This document shows positions 8,046 through 19,276 of a stretch of 64,000 nt of DNA, one piece after another; position 1 is the stretch's first letter; each line of letters begins with the position of its first letter. The notes beneath the pieces were generated by a model. It had not been told where the DNA came from. It did not search any database and saw only the letters and a list, made by a program, of their open reading frames with translations. This stretch comes from Candidatus Aminicenantes bacterium (GTDB lineage Bacteria; Acidobacteriota; Aminicenantia; Aminicenantales; Aminicenantaceae). The stretch is from assembly GCA_014727835.1 (NCBI GenBank), contig WJMT01000068.1:12327-76326 (forward strand), given 5' to 3'. Both the position numbers and the translations under genes were made by a program.

Positions 8046-8915
8046 ATGCACACCGCTGTCTTCAGCATCATCAAAACCACCTTTAGAAGGTTTGGTGAAG
8101 ACAGGTGTGGAAATTTTTCCATCATTGTTTCTTATTTTGCATTACTCTGCGCCATCCCCCTGGTGGCTCTTTTTGCCTTTATCACTACTAAAGTATTGGG
8201 AAGCGCAGAACTTGCTTTTCGCAGCCTCAACATTCTGTCCGATGAATTCTTTGCCCAACTCGATCCTCTTTTTTTTGAGCGTCTCCAGGCTCTCTCTCGA
8301 AACATAGGAAACCTCGGTTACTTCGGATTGGCCGGCTCTTTCATTGCTGCCAGTTTTTTGTTTTCCAACCTGATCTATTCCATCAATTTTATATTCAAAG
8401 CAAACTACCAGAAGTCATTCTTTTACAACCGTCTCATGGAATACATGATCATGTTTGTGTTGGGGGTGATCATGCTCATTTCCCTGTCCATTACAGCAAT
8501 ATGGACCGCCCTGCACCGAACTTTAAAAGAAAGCGAACTCATAGCCAATCACATCAACCCCAAGGTCGTCTCGCTCGCAGACAATTTTTTTCTCCAATAT
8601 CTCATCCCTCTTACTCTCACCTTTGTGGTCTTTTTCATCCTTTTTAAGTTTATCCCTGAAGTCAAGGTCTATTCCCGAGCAGCTGCAATTGCCGCTTTTA
8701 TAAGCACTTTATTATGGGAAATCTTCAAACGTCTTTTTGCCTTTTATGTGGCCCATTTTTCTGCCATAGGAATCGTCTTGTCAAAGCTGCTCCAGGGAAC
8801 ACTGACTTCCATTATCTTTTTTCTCCTATGGATATCATTTTCTCTGATGATTCTTTTCTGGGGTGCGGAATTGGCAGCCGTTCTGAATGAGAGGATCCAT
8901 GAAAAATCAGCCTGA
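8046..8915 (+). CDS. YihY/BrkB family inner-membrane protein
   Basis: A 289-aa polytopic protein with the YihY-like N-terminus [24 protein letters not shown]. Confidence 0.7.
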   Translation: MHTAVFSIIKTTFRRFGEDRCGNFSIIVSYFALLCAIPLVALFAFITTKVLGSAELAFRSLNILSDEFFAQLDPLFFERLQALSRNIGNLGYFGLAGSFIAASFLFSNLIYSINFIFKANYQKSFFYNRLMEYMIMFVLGVIMLISLSITAIWTALHRTLKESELIANHINPKVVSLADNFFLQYLIPLTLTFVVFFILFKFIPEVKVYSRAAAIAAFISTLLWEIFKRLFAFYVAHFSAIGIVLSKLLQGTLTSIIFFLLWISFSLMILFWGAELAAVLNERIHEKSA

Positions 8916-9969
8916 CAAACCAGGCCCTCCTTTCACTGTCAAAGAAATAGCCAAATACCTGAAATGCCCGTTTGAAGGAAACGGAAAAACCAAGATCAAA
9001 GGGATCTCAAGCATCGAAAATGCTCAAAAAGGCGACTTGGTTTTTTGCTCCAAAAAAAAGTACAGGAAATCTCTTAAAAAGTCCCTGGCTTCTGCAGCCA
9101 TCATTCCAAGGGACCAGAAATTTGATCAGATCCCTGTCATCAAATCTGAAAATCCTCATCTGAGCTTTATCCGTGTCATCGAACTCCTCTATCAACCTGA
9201 ACGTCCGAAACCAGGAGTCCATGAACTAGCTTCCGTCTCCCAATCCGCAGACATCGGTTCTCCAATCTCTGTCGGAGCATTTTCTTACATCGGAGATCAT
9301 GCAGTTGTGGGCGATGGAACCATTATCTTCCCTCATGTGACCATCTATCCAAATGTAAAAATCGGCCGAAACTGCATCATCCACTCAAACGTTTCGATCC
9401 GAAGTTCCACTGAAATCGGGAATCAAGTGATCATTCATAATGGAGTCATCCTTGGCTCAGATGGATTTGGGTACATAAAGAAAAAAGACAGTTCTTATGC
9501 CAAAATCCCACAAAGAGGAAAGCTGCTTATCAAAGATAACGTCGAAATAGGGGCAAACACAACTGTTGACAGAGCCTCCTTAGATGACACCATCATTCAT
9601 GAAGGAGTCAAAATCGACAATCTGGTTCAAATCGCACACAATGTGGAAATTGGGGAAAATTCAATCATCGCTGGGCAATCTGGGATCAGCGGAAGTGTCA
9701 AAGTCGGAAAGAATGTGATCATGGGGGGACAAGCTGGGATCGCCGATCATATTCGCATTGGGGATGATGTGATCATTGCTGCCAAATCCGGAGTCTCAGG
9801 AAACATCCGGCCAAAATCAATTGTGGCTGGCTATCCTCATCGAGACATCAGGACTTGGAGAAAAATATGGGCCTCGCTATCTCAACTCCGGCCTATGATG
9901 AAAGAGGTCAACAGACTTAAAAAGCGCATACAAAAACTGGAAAACCAAAACAAAAATACCAGGGAATAA
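8887..9969 (+). CDS. lpxD: UDP-3-O-acylglucosamine N-acyltransferase
   Basis: N-terminal LpxD domain, long hexapeptide-repeat region ([13 protein letters not shown]..., [20 protein letters not shown]...) and a C-terminal helix. The start could also be the ATG at 8899. Confidence 0.88.
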   Translation: MRGSMKNQPDKPGPPFTVKEIAKYLKCPFEGNGKTKIKGISSIENAQKGDLVFCSKKKYRKSLKKSLASAAIIPRDQKFDQIPVIKSENPHLSFIRVIELLYQPERPKPGVHELASVSQSADIGSPISVGAFSYIGDHAVVGDGTIIFPHVTIYPNVKIGRNCIIHSNVSIRSSTEIGNQVIIHNGVILGSDGFGYIKKKDSSYAKIPQRGKLLIKDNVEIGANTTVDRASLDDTIIHEGVKIDNLVQIAHNVEIGENSIIAGQSGISGSVKVGKNVIMGGQAGIADHIRIGDDVIIAAKSGVSGNIRPKSIVAGYPHRDIRTWRKIWASLSQLRPMMKEVNRLKKRIQKLENQNKNTRE

Positions 9970-9982
9970 TCCATAAACTGGT

Positions 9983-10909
9983 TTATCTGTTCTCTTCTAT
10001 ATATTCTCCCACTGCGATCCCAGCTTCTACTCCGGCTCCCACTGCTGTGGCCACCTGGTTGCTGCAGGCATCTGTCACATCTCCGGCTGCATAGATTCCT
10101 TTCTCTGATGTCATCATCCCTTTGCCGACCACGATTTCTCCGTGTTCATTCAGGTCCACTCTGCTTTTCAGCACACCTGTATTGGGAACCATTCCGATCG
10201 ATACAAACAAGCCATCCACTTTCAGCTCCCTGTCTTGATTCTTCTTGGCATGAGAAACCAGGACTGACTGCAGCTTTTGATCCCCGTTTATCTTTTTGAC
10301 CAGCGAATTCAATACGAATTCGATCTTGTCATTATCTCTCGCTCTTGACTGAAGTAATTTTTCTGCTCTAAACTGTTCCCTCCGGTGAATGACATAAACT
10401 CTTTTGGCAAACTTAGTCAGAAAAAGAGCTTCTGTCAACGCATAACTTCCACCCCCCACCACAGCCACTTGTTTATCTCTGAAAAAGGCCCCATCACAAG
10501 TGGCGCAGTAAGAGACTCCTTTCCCGGTCAACTGTCTTTCCCCGGGAACATCCAATTTTCTATGGCTTGATCCTGTGGCAATGATGACGGTCTGAGTTGA
10601 ATACTTATTTTTTGCGGTCGAGACCATCCAGGCTTCTTCTTTTTTTTTGATCGCCTTAAGCTCTTCCTGTTTGATATGGCATCCAAACTTTTCTGCTTGA
10701 GATTTGAATCGATCCGCAAGAGAAAAAGCCTCAATAGAATCAGGAAAGCCAGGATAGTTTTCTATCTTATCAGTCAGTAAGATCTGGCCTCCCGGCACTC
10801 CCATATCAAGAATCAAAGTCTTGAGCAAGGCACGTCCTGTATAAATGCCAGCGGATAATCCGGCAGGCCCTGCTCCCACAATAATCACATCATATGTTGG
10901 TTTCCTCAT
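9983..10909 (-). CDS. trxB: thioredoxin-disulfide reductase
   Basis: GAGPAG FAD motif, CATCDG redox centre and GGGSYA...HRR NADPH motif. Confidence 0.92.
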   Translation of the reverse strand: MRKPTYDVIIVGAGPAGLSAGIYTGRALLKTLILDMGVPGGQILLTDKIENYPGFPDSIEAFSLADRFKSQAEKFGCHIKQEELKAIKKKEEAWMVSTAKNKYSTQTVIIATGSSHRKLDVPGERQLTGKGVSYCATCDGAFFRDKQVAVVGGGSYALTEALFLTKFAKRVYVIHRREQFRAEKLLQSRARDNDKIEFVLNSLVKKINGDQKLQSVLVSHAKKNQDRELKVDGLFVSIGMVPNTGVLKSRVDLNEHGEIVVGKGMMTSEKGIYAAGDVTDACSNQVATAVGAGVEAGIAVGEYIEENR

Positions 10910-10919
10910 ATTCTTTCCT

Positions 10920-11777
10920 TTAATGTTTGATCAATCCCCAGCCGAGTTTTTCCTGGACCAGGTCAAAATAGTTCCTTTCAGGAGATGAAATCAAAGAAAG
11001 AGCAAAGTTGCTGCTCTTTATTTTGATCTCTTGGTTTCTTTTGACCAGATTTCCTCTTTGCCCGTCAAGCGTAAGATAGGCCTTTTCTCCGCCAGAAAGG
11101 ACTTTAATCATAACCTCAGACTCAGACGATATGACCATGGGGCGAAATGTGAGGGTATGAGGACAGATGGGGCAAATGATCATGGCAGGAATATGTGGCT
11201 GGATGATAGGTCCTCCGGTTGAAAGAGAATATGCAGTGGAACCTGTAGGTGTGGATATAATGATTCCATCTAGACGAGGAGCTGCTACTTTTTTCTGGTT
11301 GATTCTAATCTCACAACTGATCATTCTTGCCAGTGCCCCCTTATTGATGACAATGTCATTCAAACAAAGGAATGATTTCTCCTGGTGCGTGACCTCTAAC
11401 ATCTGCCTGTGACTCACAATGGAATCATTTCCCTTTAAGTATTCTTGGAGTGTGAGAAACATCTCATCAAGGGGGACTTCAGTTAAAAATCCAAGACTCC
11501 CCATATTCACACCCAAGACAGGAACTCCGGAACGGGCAGCCAAATGCGCAATACTCAACAGGGTTCCATCTCCGCCTAATACCATGACCATATCCACTTT
11601 GCCCGGAACATCTAGCCTTCGGACTCCTTTTTTCTGTTTGATTTTGTTGGCTGCAAATTTTTCCAAAACACACTCTATGTGATTTTTCTGAAAAAAGAAA
11701 ATGAGCTGCTTCAAGACTTTTTCAATGTTGGGCGCATGTGGCTTTATTACAAATCCCACTTTTTTAATTGTTCTCAT
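10920..11777 (-). CDS. nadK: NAD kinase
   Basis: GGDGTLL motif and NMGSLGFLTE. Confidence 0.9.
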   Translation of the reverse strand: MRTIKKVGFVIKPHAPNIEKVLKQLIFFFQKNHIECVLEKFAANKIKQKKGVRRLDVPGKVDMVMVLGGDGTLLSIAHLAARSGVPVLGVNMGSLGFLTEVPLDEMFLTLQEYLKGNDSIVSHRQMLEVTHQEKSFLCLNDIVINKGALARMISCEIRINQKKVAAPRLDGIIISTPTGSTAYSLSTGGPIIQPHIPAMIICPICPHTLTFRPMVISSESEVMIKVLSGGEKAYLTLDGQRGNLVKRNQEIKIKSSNFALSLISSPERNYFDLVQEKLGWGLIKH

Positions 11778-12552
11778 TCCAAACAGTCTCCTTGATCCGA
11801 ATTGTTAATTCCTGAGTGCTCAAGCCTTCAATATATAAAGAGCACAAAAAAAAGAACTCTCTATTCCCTTTCTGTCCTTTTATAGGGCTTTCAGTCAAGT
11901 CCTGTATTTGAATTCCCAGTCCTAATACGCCTTCTGCGATCTTTTCCAATACCTCCTCATGAACATGGTACTCTTTAATGATTCCTGTTTTCCCGACCTG
12001 CTTTTTTCCTGCTTCAAACTGAGGCTTGACCAGGCAAATGATGTGCCCTTTCTTTATAAATTCCTTAACAGCGGGAAGAACCTTTAAAATGGAGATAAAC
12101 GAAAGGTCCATTGTGACCAGATCGATCTCAGCATCAAAATCACTCTGCTCCAAATAACGTGCGTTCTTATCGATTAAGATGACCTTGGGATTGTTTCTCA
12201 GATTCCAATCGACCTGTCTGGTGTCCACATCCACAGCATAGACTCTTTGGGCTCCTCTCTGGAGCACACAGTCTACAAATCCCCCCACTGAAGCCCCCAG
12301 ATCCGCCACAGTCATTCCCCGGACATCCACCTCAAACTCATCCAAAGCCTTCTCCAATTTAAGACCGCCCCGTCCCACATAAGAGAGGGTTTGTTCCACA
12401 GCTAAGGTGAGTTTTTTGTTGATGAAATCCCCGGGTTTCTCAACTTTTTTTCCATCCGCCCTCACTAACCCGGCCATGATCAGTGCCTTAGCTTTGCTCC
12501 TATTCTGGACAAGCCCCTGTTCCACCAGGAGTTTGTCTGCCCTTTCCTTCAT
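11764..12552 (-). CDS. tlyA: TlyA family rRNA (cytidine-2'-O)-methyltransferase
   Basis: N-terminal S4 domain (RADKLLVEQGLVQNRSKAKALIMAG) plus an FtsJ-like SAM fold (DLGASVGGF). Confidence 0.88.
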   Translation of the reverse strand: MKERADKLLVEQGLVQNRSKAKALIMAGLVRADGKKVEKPGDFINKKLTLAVEQTLSYVGRGGLKLEKALDEFEVDVRGMTVADLGASVGGFVDCVLQRGAQRVYAVDVDTRQVDWNLRNNPKVILIDKNARYLEQSDFDAEIDLVTMDLSFISILKVLPAVKEFIKKGHIICLVKPQFEAGKKQVGKTGIIKEYHVHEEVLEKIAEGVLGLGIQIQDLTESPIKGQKGNREFFFLCSLYIEGLSTQELTIRIKETVWNENN

Positions 12553-12576
12553 CTCTTATTGAAATCTTTTCACTCT

Positions 12577-14466
12577 CTATGATTTCTCCTGTGACTCATA
12601 TAACTTTAATACTTGGTCAACAATCCCCCTTGCGTCCAGTCCGAACATCTTTCTTATCTGCTCTGCTTTGCCTACAGGATAAATCTGTACAGGCAAAGCA
12701 ATCCTTTTGAATCGAATATCAAACAGATTCTGACTGTCCAAAAATTCTCTGACTGCACTTCCAAATCCGCCTGAGATCACCCCTTCTTCTGCAGTGATGA
12801 TGGTTCTGCCTTGTTGAGCATAATCCATAATCATCTCCTCATCCATGGGCTTGGCAAACCGGGCATTCATCACCGCAAGACTGATCCCCTTTTTCTCAAG
12901 TTCCTCTGCAGCATTCAAGCAGGGATGAACCATATGGCCATAGGCAATTATCAGGTCTTTTCCTTTTTTCAGCAGTTCTGCTTTGCCTGCAGGGATGTGT
13001 TTCAATTCAGGATCCATCGGGACTCCGAATGCTTTTCCCTTGGGAAACCGGACAGCAACCGGATGCTGGTATGAAAAAGCAGAACTCAACATATGCTGAA
13101 GTTCATTCTCATCTTTTGGAGCCATAACCATTATATTGGGGAGATGCCTCAAATACACGATGTCATTGATTCCCTGGTGAGTGGGCCCATCATCAGGAAC
13201 GATTCCAGCCCGATCCAGAGCAAAGACAATGGGAATATCCATGAGGCTGATATCATGATAAAGCTGGTCATAAGCTCTTTGAAGAAAGGTGGAATAAATC
13301 GCCACCACAGGCTTAAATCCATTGAAAGCCATGGCTGCAGAAAAATCAACAGCATGCTGTTCAGCAATCCCTACATCAAAGAATCGTTCGGGAAATTTAT
13401 GGGCAAAGCCCTCAAGCCCTGTCCCACTGGGCATAGCCGCTGTTACTGCGATGATTTTATCATCTTTTTCTGCCATTGTCTCAATGGTTTTTCCAAAGAC
13501 AGATGAAAAAGAAGGCCTGGAATCACTTCCTTTTGTCTTTCCGGTTTTGATTTCAAAAGGATGAGCACTGTGAAATTTGGAAGGATCATTTTGAGCGGGA
13601 AGATAACCTTTTCCTTTTTTTGTGGCACACAAAACAATCACAGGCCCATCAAAATGTTTGGCTTCTTCAAAAGCTTCAATCAGAGATCTCAGGCTGTGTC
13701 CCTCCACTGCCCCTATATAGCGGATCCCGAGCTCTTCAAAAACCAGACCGGGAAAAAAAGTCTTTTTGATGGCCTCTTCAAAAGCTCTTCCGATTTTGAT
13801 CAAAGGCCATCCGATTACAGGAATGGCCTTAAGGAAAGTCTTGGCATGGTCCTTCAGTCTCAAATAATGCTGACCAGAGACCAGATAAGTCAAATACTTG
13901 GACAAGGCCCCTACATTCGGAGAAATGGACATCTCATTGTAATTCAGAACGATCACCATCTTTTCCCGGTGATGCCCGATTTGATTGAGGGCTTCCCATG
14001 CCATGCCTCCGGTCAGACCTCCGTCTCCAACCACAGCAATGATATGATGGTTATTCATCTGTCTGTTTCTGGCCACAGCCATACCCATGGCTGCAGAGAG
14101 GGCTGTGGAAGCATGGCCTGTATTGAACACATCATGCTCGCTCTCTTCTCTGACTGGAAACCCGGATATACCACCCATCTTTCTCAGCTCGTGAAACCTG
14201 TCCTTTCTGCCTGTTATAATCTTATGTGTGTAGCATTGATGACCCACATCCCATATGATTTTATCCTTGGGTGAATCAAAGACATAGTTTAAAGCCAAAG
14301 TCAACTCCACCACTCCCAAATTGGGGGATAAGTGTCCTCCATTTTTGGAGACGACCTTGATGATCAAACTCCGGATCTCTGCAGCGAGAGAATAGAGTTC
14401 TTTTATGGAAAGACTTTTCAAATCACGAGGATGGTTTATTTTCTCCAGGATATTCTGATTTCCCAT
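12577..14466 (-). CDS. dxs: 1-deoxy-D-xylulose-5-phosphate synthase
   Basis: GHQCYTHKIITGR, GHASTALSAA and GDGGLTGGMAWEALN TPP motifs. The ORF-track start at 14490 is a TTG. The ATG at 14466 follows GGAGG/AGGA and gives MGNQNILEKINHPRDLK. Confidence 0.92.
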   Translation of the reverse strand: MGNQNILEKINHPRDLKSLSIKELYSLAAEIRSLIIKVVSKNGGHLSPNLGVVELTLALNYVFDSPKDKIIWDVGHQCYTHKIITGRKDRFHELRKMGGISGFPVREESEHDVFNTGHASTALSAAMGMAVARNRQMNNHHIIAVVGDGGLTGGMAWEALNQIGHHREKMVIVLNYNEMSISPNVGALSKYLTYLVSGQHYLRLKDHAKTFLKAIPVIGWPLIKIGRAFEEAIKKTFFPGLVFEELGIRYIGAVEGHSLRSLIEAFEEAKHFDGPVIVLCATKKGKGYLPAQNDPSKFHSAHPFEIKTGKTKGSDSRPSFSSVFGKTIETMAEKDDKIIAVTAAMPSGTGLEGFAHKFPERFFDVGIAEQHAVDFSAAMAFNGFKPVVAIYSTFLQRAYDQLYHDISLMDIPIVFALDRAGIVPDDGPTHQGINDIVYLRHLPNIMVMAPKDENELQHMLSSAFSYQHPVAVRFPKGKAFGVPMDPELKHIPAGKAELLKKGKDLIIAYGHMVHPCLNAAEELEKKGISLAVMNARFAKPMDEEMIMDYAQQGRTIITAEEGVISGGFGSAVREFLDSQNLFDIRFKRIALPVQIYPVGKAEQIRKMFGLDARGIVDQVLKLYESQEKS

Positions 14467-14516
14467 TATCCTAATTTCCTCCAACTCCAAAAGTTCTTAC
14501 GGTATCATCTCTGATC

Positions 14517-14822
14517 TTAGAATGGAAGGGATTCATCATCCCCATTGTCTGGATTTTCCCCTCCATTTTCGCTTTTGTCATCCGTTTTTTTTTCTTCATC
14601 ACTGATATCAAACGGCTCTGCAGAGACATTCCCTTGTTCATCTTTAAGGAGGATTTCCACTTTCTTTTCAGCTTTTTCGAGCTCTTTTCTTAAAAACCTT
14701 GCCAGTTTCACTCCTTTTTCAAAAAGCTCCAAAGATTCATCTAAAGAAAGGTTTCCCTGTTCCAATTTTTCTACAGTTTTTTCTAAATCTTTAAGCGCCT
14801 TTTCAAAATCAAGGTCTTTCAT
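14517..14822 (-). CDS. xseB: exodeoxyribonuclease VII small subunit (acidic C-terminal tail)
   Basis: FEKALKDLEKTVEKLEQGNLSLDESLELFEKGVKLARFL is a typical XseB core. It lies downstream of xseA. Confidence 0.88.
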   Translation of the reverse strand: MKDLDFEKALKDLEKTVEKLEQGNLSLDESLELFEKGVKLARFLRKELEKAEKKVEILLKDEQGNVSAEPFDISDEEKKTDDKSENGGENPDNGDDESLPF

Positions 14823-14855
14823 TGGTCTCTCCTTAAATGTTTTAACTCGGATGAA

Positions 14856-16190
14856 TCATTTTTTATATCTGTCTTCAATCAGCTTCTCTTTATCAATCGA
14901 ATTCACCTCACATCTGAATTCTCCTTTATAAAAAGAAACCGTCATGTTTTTGCCTTTTTTGACTTGATCAATGGTCTGGACCAGCGAATCATCCCCGTCT
15001 TTCCAACACAAGGTATAGCCTTTCTTCAATATGTTCAAAGGACTCAGACTGTTCAATTGAGAAGACATCATCTCCCATCTGTTCTGAAAGCGGTTCATTT
15101 TTTCTTTGATGAATGAAGATATTTTTTCCTCGATCAACCTCACATGGGACCTGTATTCCGCCATTTTTTTCTGTTCAGCCCGAATGAAATCAACGGACCT
15201 GATCTCAAGGTCATCCACGATCTGACTCAGTTGATACAAACGCTCCTTGAATCGTTGGAATGCGTGATGTCTGATCAGCTCCATGACCCTGCTTTTTCTT
15301 TCTTGAGTCATGTATTTCAGTTGATGCTCCATTCTTCTTTCAAAACTTTCGATGCGTTCCAAAAAAGCCTGTTCCTTTTCAATCAAAATTTCTGCTGCTG
15401 CTGACGGCGTGGATGCGCGTTGATCCGCGACAAAATCCGCGATAGTGAAATCAACCTCATGACCGACTGCAGAAATGACAGGAACCGGACATTGGAAAAT
15501 GGCCCGGGCAACTTTTTCTTCGTTAAAAGCCCACAAATCCTCTATGGAGCCTCCTCCCCGTCCCACGATAACAACATCTAGGTCTGAAACCGTTCCTAAC
15601 TCATCCAAAGCACTTGCAATCTCTTCGGAGGCCCCTTCTCCCTGAACCCTTACCGGATAAATCATAACATGAAGTTTTGCAAATCTTCTTTCTATGGTCT
15701 GTAATATATCAATGACAGCCGCTCCCCTGGGAGAAGTGACCACAGCGACTTTTTTTGGCAGTGTGGGAATTTTCTTTTTGTGTTCTGGTTTGAAAAGCCC
15801 CTCTTTTTCCAGCTTTTTTTTGAGTTGTTCAAAAGCTAACTGAAGAGCCCCTTTTCCTTTGGGCTCGACTTCTTTGACCTGCAGCTGGTACTGTCCTCTC
15901 TGGGCATACACACTGACAGCCCCTTTGCATACGATCTGAATCCCATCTTCCATTTTAAAGGGGACTTTCAGGGCATGAGACCGCCACATCACAGCACGTA
16001 TTTGGCAGGACTCATCTTTCAAATCAAAATAAAGATGTTGGGAATGGGCCCGTTTGAAATTGGAAACTTCTCCCTCCACCCATATTAAGGGAAATTTTTG
16101 TTCCAGTTCATTCTTAATGATATGAGTGACTTCCGAAACAGAATAAATCTTTTTGTTCTCAGAAAAACGATTATTTTTCACGATCTCCAC
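14856..16190 (-). CDS. xseA: exodeoxyribonuclease VII large subunit
   Basis: OB-fold N-terminus (YSVSEVTHIIKNELEQKFPLIWVEGEVSNFK), VVTSPRGAAVIDIL, GRGGGSIEDLWAFNEE and a coiled-coil C-terminus. Confidence 0.92.
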   Translation of the reverse strand: MEIVKNNRFSENKKIYSVSEVTHIIKNELEQKFPLIWVEGEVSNFKRAHSQHLYFDLKDESCQIRAVMWRSHALKVPFKMEDGIQIVCKGAVSVYAQRGQYQLQVKEVEPKGKGALQLAFEQLKKKLEKEGLFKPEHKKKIPTLPKKVAVVTSPRGAAVIDILQTIERRFAKLHVMIYPVRVQGEGASEEIASALDELGTVSDLDVVIVGRGGGSIEDLWAFNEEKVARAIFQCPVPVISAVGHEVDFTIADFVADQRASTPSAAAEILIEKEQAFLERIESFERRMEHQLKYMTQERKSRVMELIRHHAFQRFKERLYQLSQIVDDLEIRSVDFIRAEQKKMAEYRSHVRLIEEKISSFIKEKMNRFQNRWEMMSSQLNSLSPLNILKKGYTLCWKDGDDSLVQTIDQVKKGKNMTVSFYKGEFRCEVNSIDKEKLIEDRYKK

Positions 16191-16971
16191 CCATTTTTAT
16201 TCTTTCAATACCCAGCGATTTTCCTGTTTGGGGGTCTATCTCTATACAAACAGCATTGAGGATGTATCCTTCTTTGGAAGGCCCGAACCGCTGAGGTCTG
16301 GAAGTGAGAAACCGATCCACCGCCTGTTCTCTTTTGATGCCGATCACAGAGTGATATCCCCCCACCATCCCAATATCTGTGATGTAAGCTGTGCCCTGAG
16401 GGAGGATTTTTTCATCTGCAGTAGGAACATGGGTGTGGGTGCCCAACACAGCTGAGACTTTTCCATCCAGATACCAACCCAAAGCCTGTTTCTCTGATGT
16501 GGCTTCCGCATGAAAATCTACTATGACAGTGGATGTGGTTTTTTGGATCACATCGATTTCCTGGTCTGCTTTCCGAAAAGGGCAGTCAATGGGTTCCATG
16601 AACACTCTTCCCTGGAGGTTGAGAAAAGCCACTTTATATCCATTTAAGTCTTCCACAATACAGGATCCTCTTCCCGGAGAGGGAGACGGATAGTTAGCTG
16701 GTCTGATGAGTTTTGGCTCCCGATCCAAATAATCCAGGACTTCCTTCTTGTCCCATATGTGGTTGCCGGAAGTTAAGACATGGACCTTTAGCAAAAGTTC
16801 TTTTCCAACCTTCTCCGTCAATCCGATCCCGCCAGCAGCATTTTCTCCGTTTGCAGCTATGAGCGAGGGTTTGTATCTCTCCTTCAAATAAGGGAGGTGC
16901 TCTTTTAAGATCTTTCTTCCCGGTCTTCCGATGATATCCCCAAAGAACAGCAGTCTTATTTTATCTTGCAT
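16171..16971 (-). CDS. ymdB: YmdB-like metallophosphoesterase (TIGR00282 family)
   Basis: [32 protein letters not shown] and [10 protein letters not shown]. It shows the conserved rny-ymdB linkage. Confidence 0.88.
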   Translation of the reverse strand: MQDKIRLLFFGDIIGRPGRKILKEHLPYLKERYKPSLIAANGENAAGGIGLTEKVGKELLLKVHVLTSGNHIWDKKEVLDYLDREPKLIRPANYPSPSPGRGSCIVEDLNGYKVAFLNLQGRVFMEPIDCPFRKADQEIDVIQKTTSTVIVDFHAEATSEKQALGWYLDGKVSAVLGTHTHVPTADEKILPQGTAYITDIGMVGGYHSVIGIKREQAVDRFLTSRPQRFGPSKEGYILNAVCIEIDPQTGKSLGIERIKMGGDREK

Positions 16972-18538
16972 ACTCCACAGCTCTCATTTCACGGATAACG
17001 GTCACCTTGATTTGGCCGGGATAATCCAGATCTTCTTTGATTTTTTTGGCAATGTCTTTAGATATGGAAGCCGCCTGGTCATCAGAAATCCTCTGGCTTT
17101 CCACAATGATCCTTATTTCCCGTCCTGCTTGAAGGGCAAAGGCCTTGGCGACTCCCTTAAAAGAGTTGGCAATCTCTTCAAGTTTTTCCAGTCTCTTTAT
17201 GTATGTCTCCAGCAGCTCTCTTCTTGCTCCTGGCCGGGCCGCAGAAAGAGTATCTGCGGCTTGAACCAGGACTGCTTCGATAGAGGGGAATTCAATATCC
17301 CGGTGATGAGACTCGATGGCATCCCGGACCTCCTTTTTTTCTCCATATTTCTTTGTCAACGATACACTGAGTTCCGTATGGGTGCCTTCCACTTCCCTGT
17401 CCACAGCTTTTCCGATATCATGCAGCAAACCGGCTCTTAAGGCCACATTCTCATCCGCTTCCAATTCTTTGGCCATCAGCGCGGAAAGATAAGCCACTTC
17501 TTTGGAATGCTGAAGAACATTTTGACCAAAGCTGGTTCGGTACTTCAACTTGCCCAATATTTTCACCAGCTCTGGATGAAGGTCTTGAATCCGGAGCTCC
17601 AAGGCCACGGATTCTCCTTCTTCTTTGATGTTTTCATCCAATTCTTTCTTGACTTTCTTAACCACATCTTCAATTCTTGCGGGATGGATCCTGCCGTCAA
17701 CAATCAATTTCTCCAGAGCCAACCGCGCTGTCTCCCTGCGGATCGGATCAAAACTGGAAAGAATCACAGCTTCCGGTGTATCATCCACAATGATGTCCAC
17801 TCCTGTAGCCATTTCTAAAGACCTGATGTTTCTTCCTTCTCTGCCAATGATCCGTCCTTTCATATCATCAGAAGGCAGATCCACTACAGAGACAGAGGTC
17901 TCAACAACATGCTCTGCTGCAGACCTCTGGATGGCCTGACTGATGATGTCTTTGGCTATATTTTGACACTTCTCTTTAGTCTCCTCTTCAACCTTTTTCA
18001 CGATCTGTACTGCTTCAAGCTTTGCATCATCCTCGATTTGACGGATCAATTCTCTCTTGGCTTCTTCCTGAGTGAGATTCCCCACTCTTTGCAATTCTCG
18101 AATGGCTTTGCTTTTTAATCTTTCGTTCTCTTTCTCCTTTTCCACCAGTTCCTGTTCACGGGAGTACAATCTCTGTTCCTTATTTGAAGTGTTTCTTTCC
18201 TTCCGCTCCAGATTTTTAAACTTTCTCTCCAGGTTTTCTTCTTTCTGGACCAGTCTCCTTTCCATATCACTTAACTTTCTCCGTCTGTTCCGGGTTTGAT
18301 TCTCAAAATCAGACTTCAAGTTAAGAAATTTCTCTTTGGCTTCAATGGAAGCTTCCCTCCTGACTTTATTGGCTTCCTCCTGGGCCTTATCAATGATTTC
18401 TTTGGCCTCATCTTTAGCCCTTAAAACTGACTGGACTCCTGATTTTTTCTTAATCAGAAAAAACACCAGGAATCCATTTAAGAGTCCTAAAAAAACAATA
18501 GCAATGATGACTCCCATATTCACTTCTATCACCTCCAA
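16961..18538 (-). CDS. rny: ribonuclease Y
   Basis: N-terminal TM helix, a long coiled coil, a KH domain ([15 protein letters not shown]) and an HD domain (LLHDIGKA). The start is uncertain: TTG 18538, GTG 18523 or ATG 18517. Confidence 0.92.
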   Translation of the reverse strand: MEVIEVNMGVIIAIVFLGLLNGFLVFFLIKKKSGVQSVLRAKDEAKEIIDKAQEEANKVRREASIEAKEKFLNLKSDFENQTRNRRRKLSDMERRLVQKEENLERKFKNLERKERNTSNKEQRLYSREQELVEKEKENERLKSKAIRELQRVGNLTQEEAKRELIRQIEDDAKLEAVQIVKKVEEETKEKCQNIAKDIISQAIQRSAAEHVVETSVSVVDLPSDDMKGRIIGREGRNIRSLEMATGVDIIVDDTPEAVILSSFDPIRRETARLALEKLIVDGRIHPARIEDVVKKVKKELDENIKEEGESVALELRIQDLHPELVKILGKLKYRTSFGQNVLQHSKEVAYLSALMAKELEADENVALRAGLLHDIGKAVDREVEGTHTELSVSLTKKYGEKKEVRDAIESHHRDIEFPSIEAVLVQAADTLSAARPGARRELLETYIKRLEKLEEIANSFKGVAKAFALQAGREIRIIVESQRISDDQAASISKDIAKKIKEDLDYPGQIKVTVIREMRAVEYAR

Positions 18539-18689
18539 CTACCGGCTTAAAGAGGAGATGAAAGCTAGGAGACAGAATGAAATCAAAATATCAAATCAAC
18601 AGGAAGAACAGAACTCAAAACCACTGACCTTATCATTTTTTTCCAAAAAAAATATCTCATCTATTTACTCTATATCCTTAATTGTCAAT

Positions 18690-19019
18690 TTATTTTCTGG
18701 CACTTCCACCTTCTTTGTATGTGTTCATATTGTTTGAGACATGATTCTCCAGGCTTTCTATCTCTTTCTCCATATGCCCTATAGCTTCATTTAATTTATC
18801 TAATTTTTTCTGTGCGAGAAAAAATTCATCTGCAATATTTAAAGCGGCCAGCACCGCTATCTTCAAAGTATCATTTGACTTTGACTTCCTAGCCACCTTA
18901 CGCATTTTTTTGTCAACATAGGAAGTAAGGTGACTGACATACTTTTCATCTTCAGCTCCTTTTACTTTTATTCTGAATTTTTGGTCAAATATTTCAATTT
19001 CAATAACTTTATCAATCAT
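18690..19019 (-). CDS. zapA: cell division protein ZapA
   Basis: Contains EIFDQKFRIKVKGAEDEKYVSHLTSYVDKKM and LKIAVLAALNIADEF. Confidence 0.8.
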   Translation of the reverse strand: MIDKVIEIEIFDQKFRIKVKGAEDEKYVSHLTSYVDKKMRKVARKSKSNDTLKIAVLAALNIADEFFLAQKKLDKLNEAIGHMEKEIESLENHVSNNMNTYKEGGSARK

Positions 19020-19276
19020 ATTCCAATTTGATCGATTTGATTAATGATCGATTCGATCCTTTTTTTGATCACTTCTCTTTCTTTCTGGAAAGATTTTAAA
19101 TTTTCACCCAATTTGCCAGCTTCCTTTGCTTTGACGGAAAGGTCCTTTTTCTCCTTCTTTAACTCACTCAGCTCCTGTTTCAACTTTTGGTTTTCAGCTG
19201 AAAGTTCGCTGATATAATCAATAATCTTTCCTATTTTCCCTTCTAGGATTTTAATCCTTTCCAGCTCACTTGTCAA
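19016..19276 (-). CDS. zapB: ZapB-like coiled-coil protein
   Basis: An 86-aa all-coiled-coil protein (LEGKIGKIIDYISELSAENQKLKQELSELKKEKK) directly upstream of zapA. Confidence 0.6.
   Translation of the reverse strand: MTSELERIKILEGKIGKIIDYISELSAENQKLKQELSELKKEKKDLSVKAKEAGKLGENLKSFQKEREVIKKRIESIINQIDQIGI

Noticed and set aside
13561-14274. 237-aa plus-strand ORF
   Set aside because: It is entirely antisense to dxs, whose identity is unambiguous. It has shadow-ORF composition and no motif.
18539-18689. 6S RNA (ssrS) downstream of zapA, as in E. coli
   Set aside because: The 150-bp zapA-rny gap is A/T-rich. I cannot draw the long interrupted helix with a central bubble. It more likely holds the rny promoter and leader.
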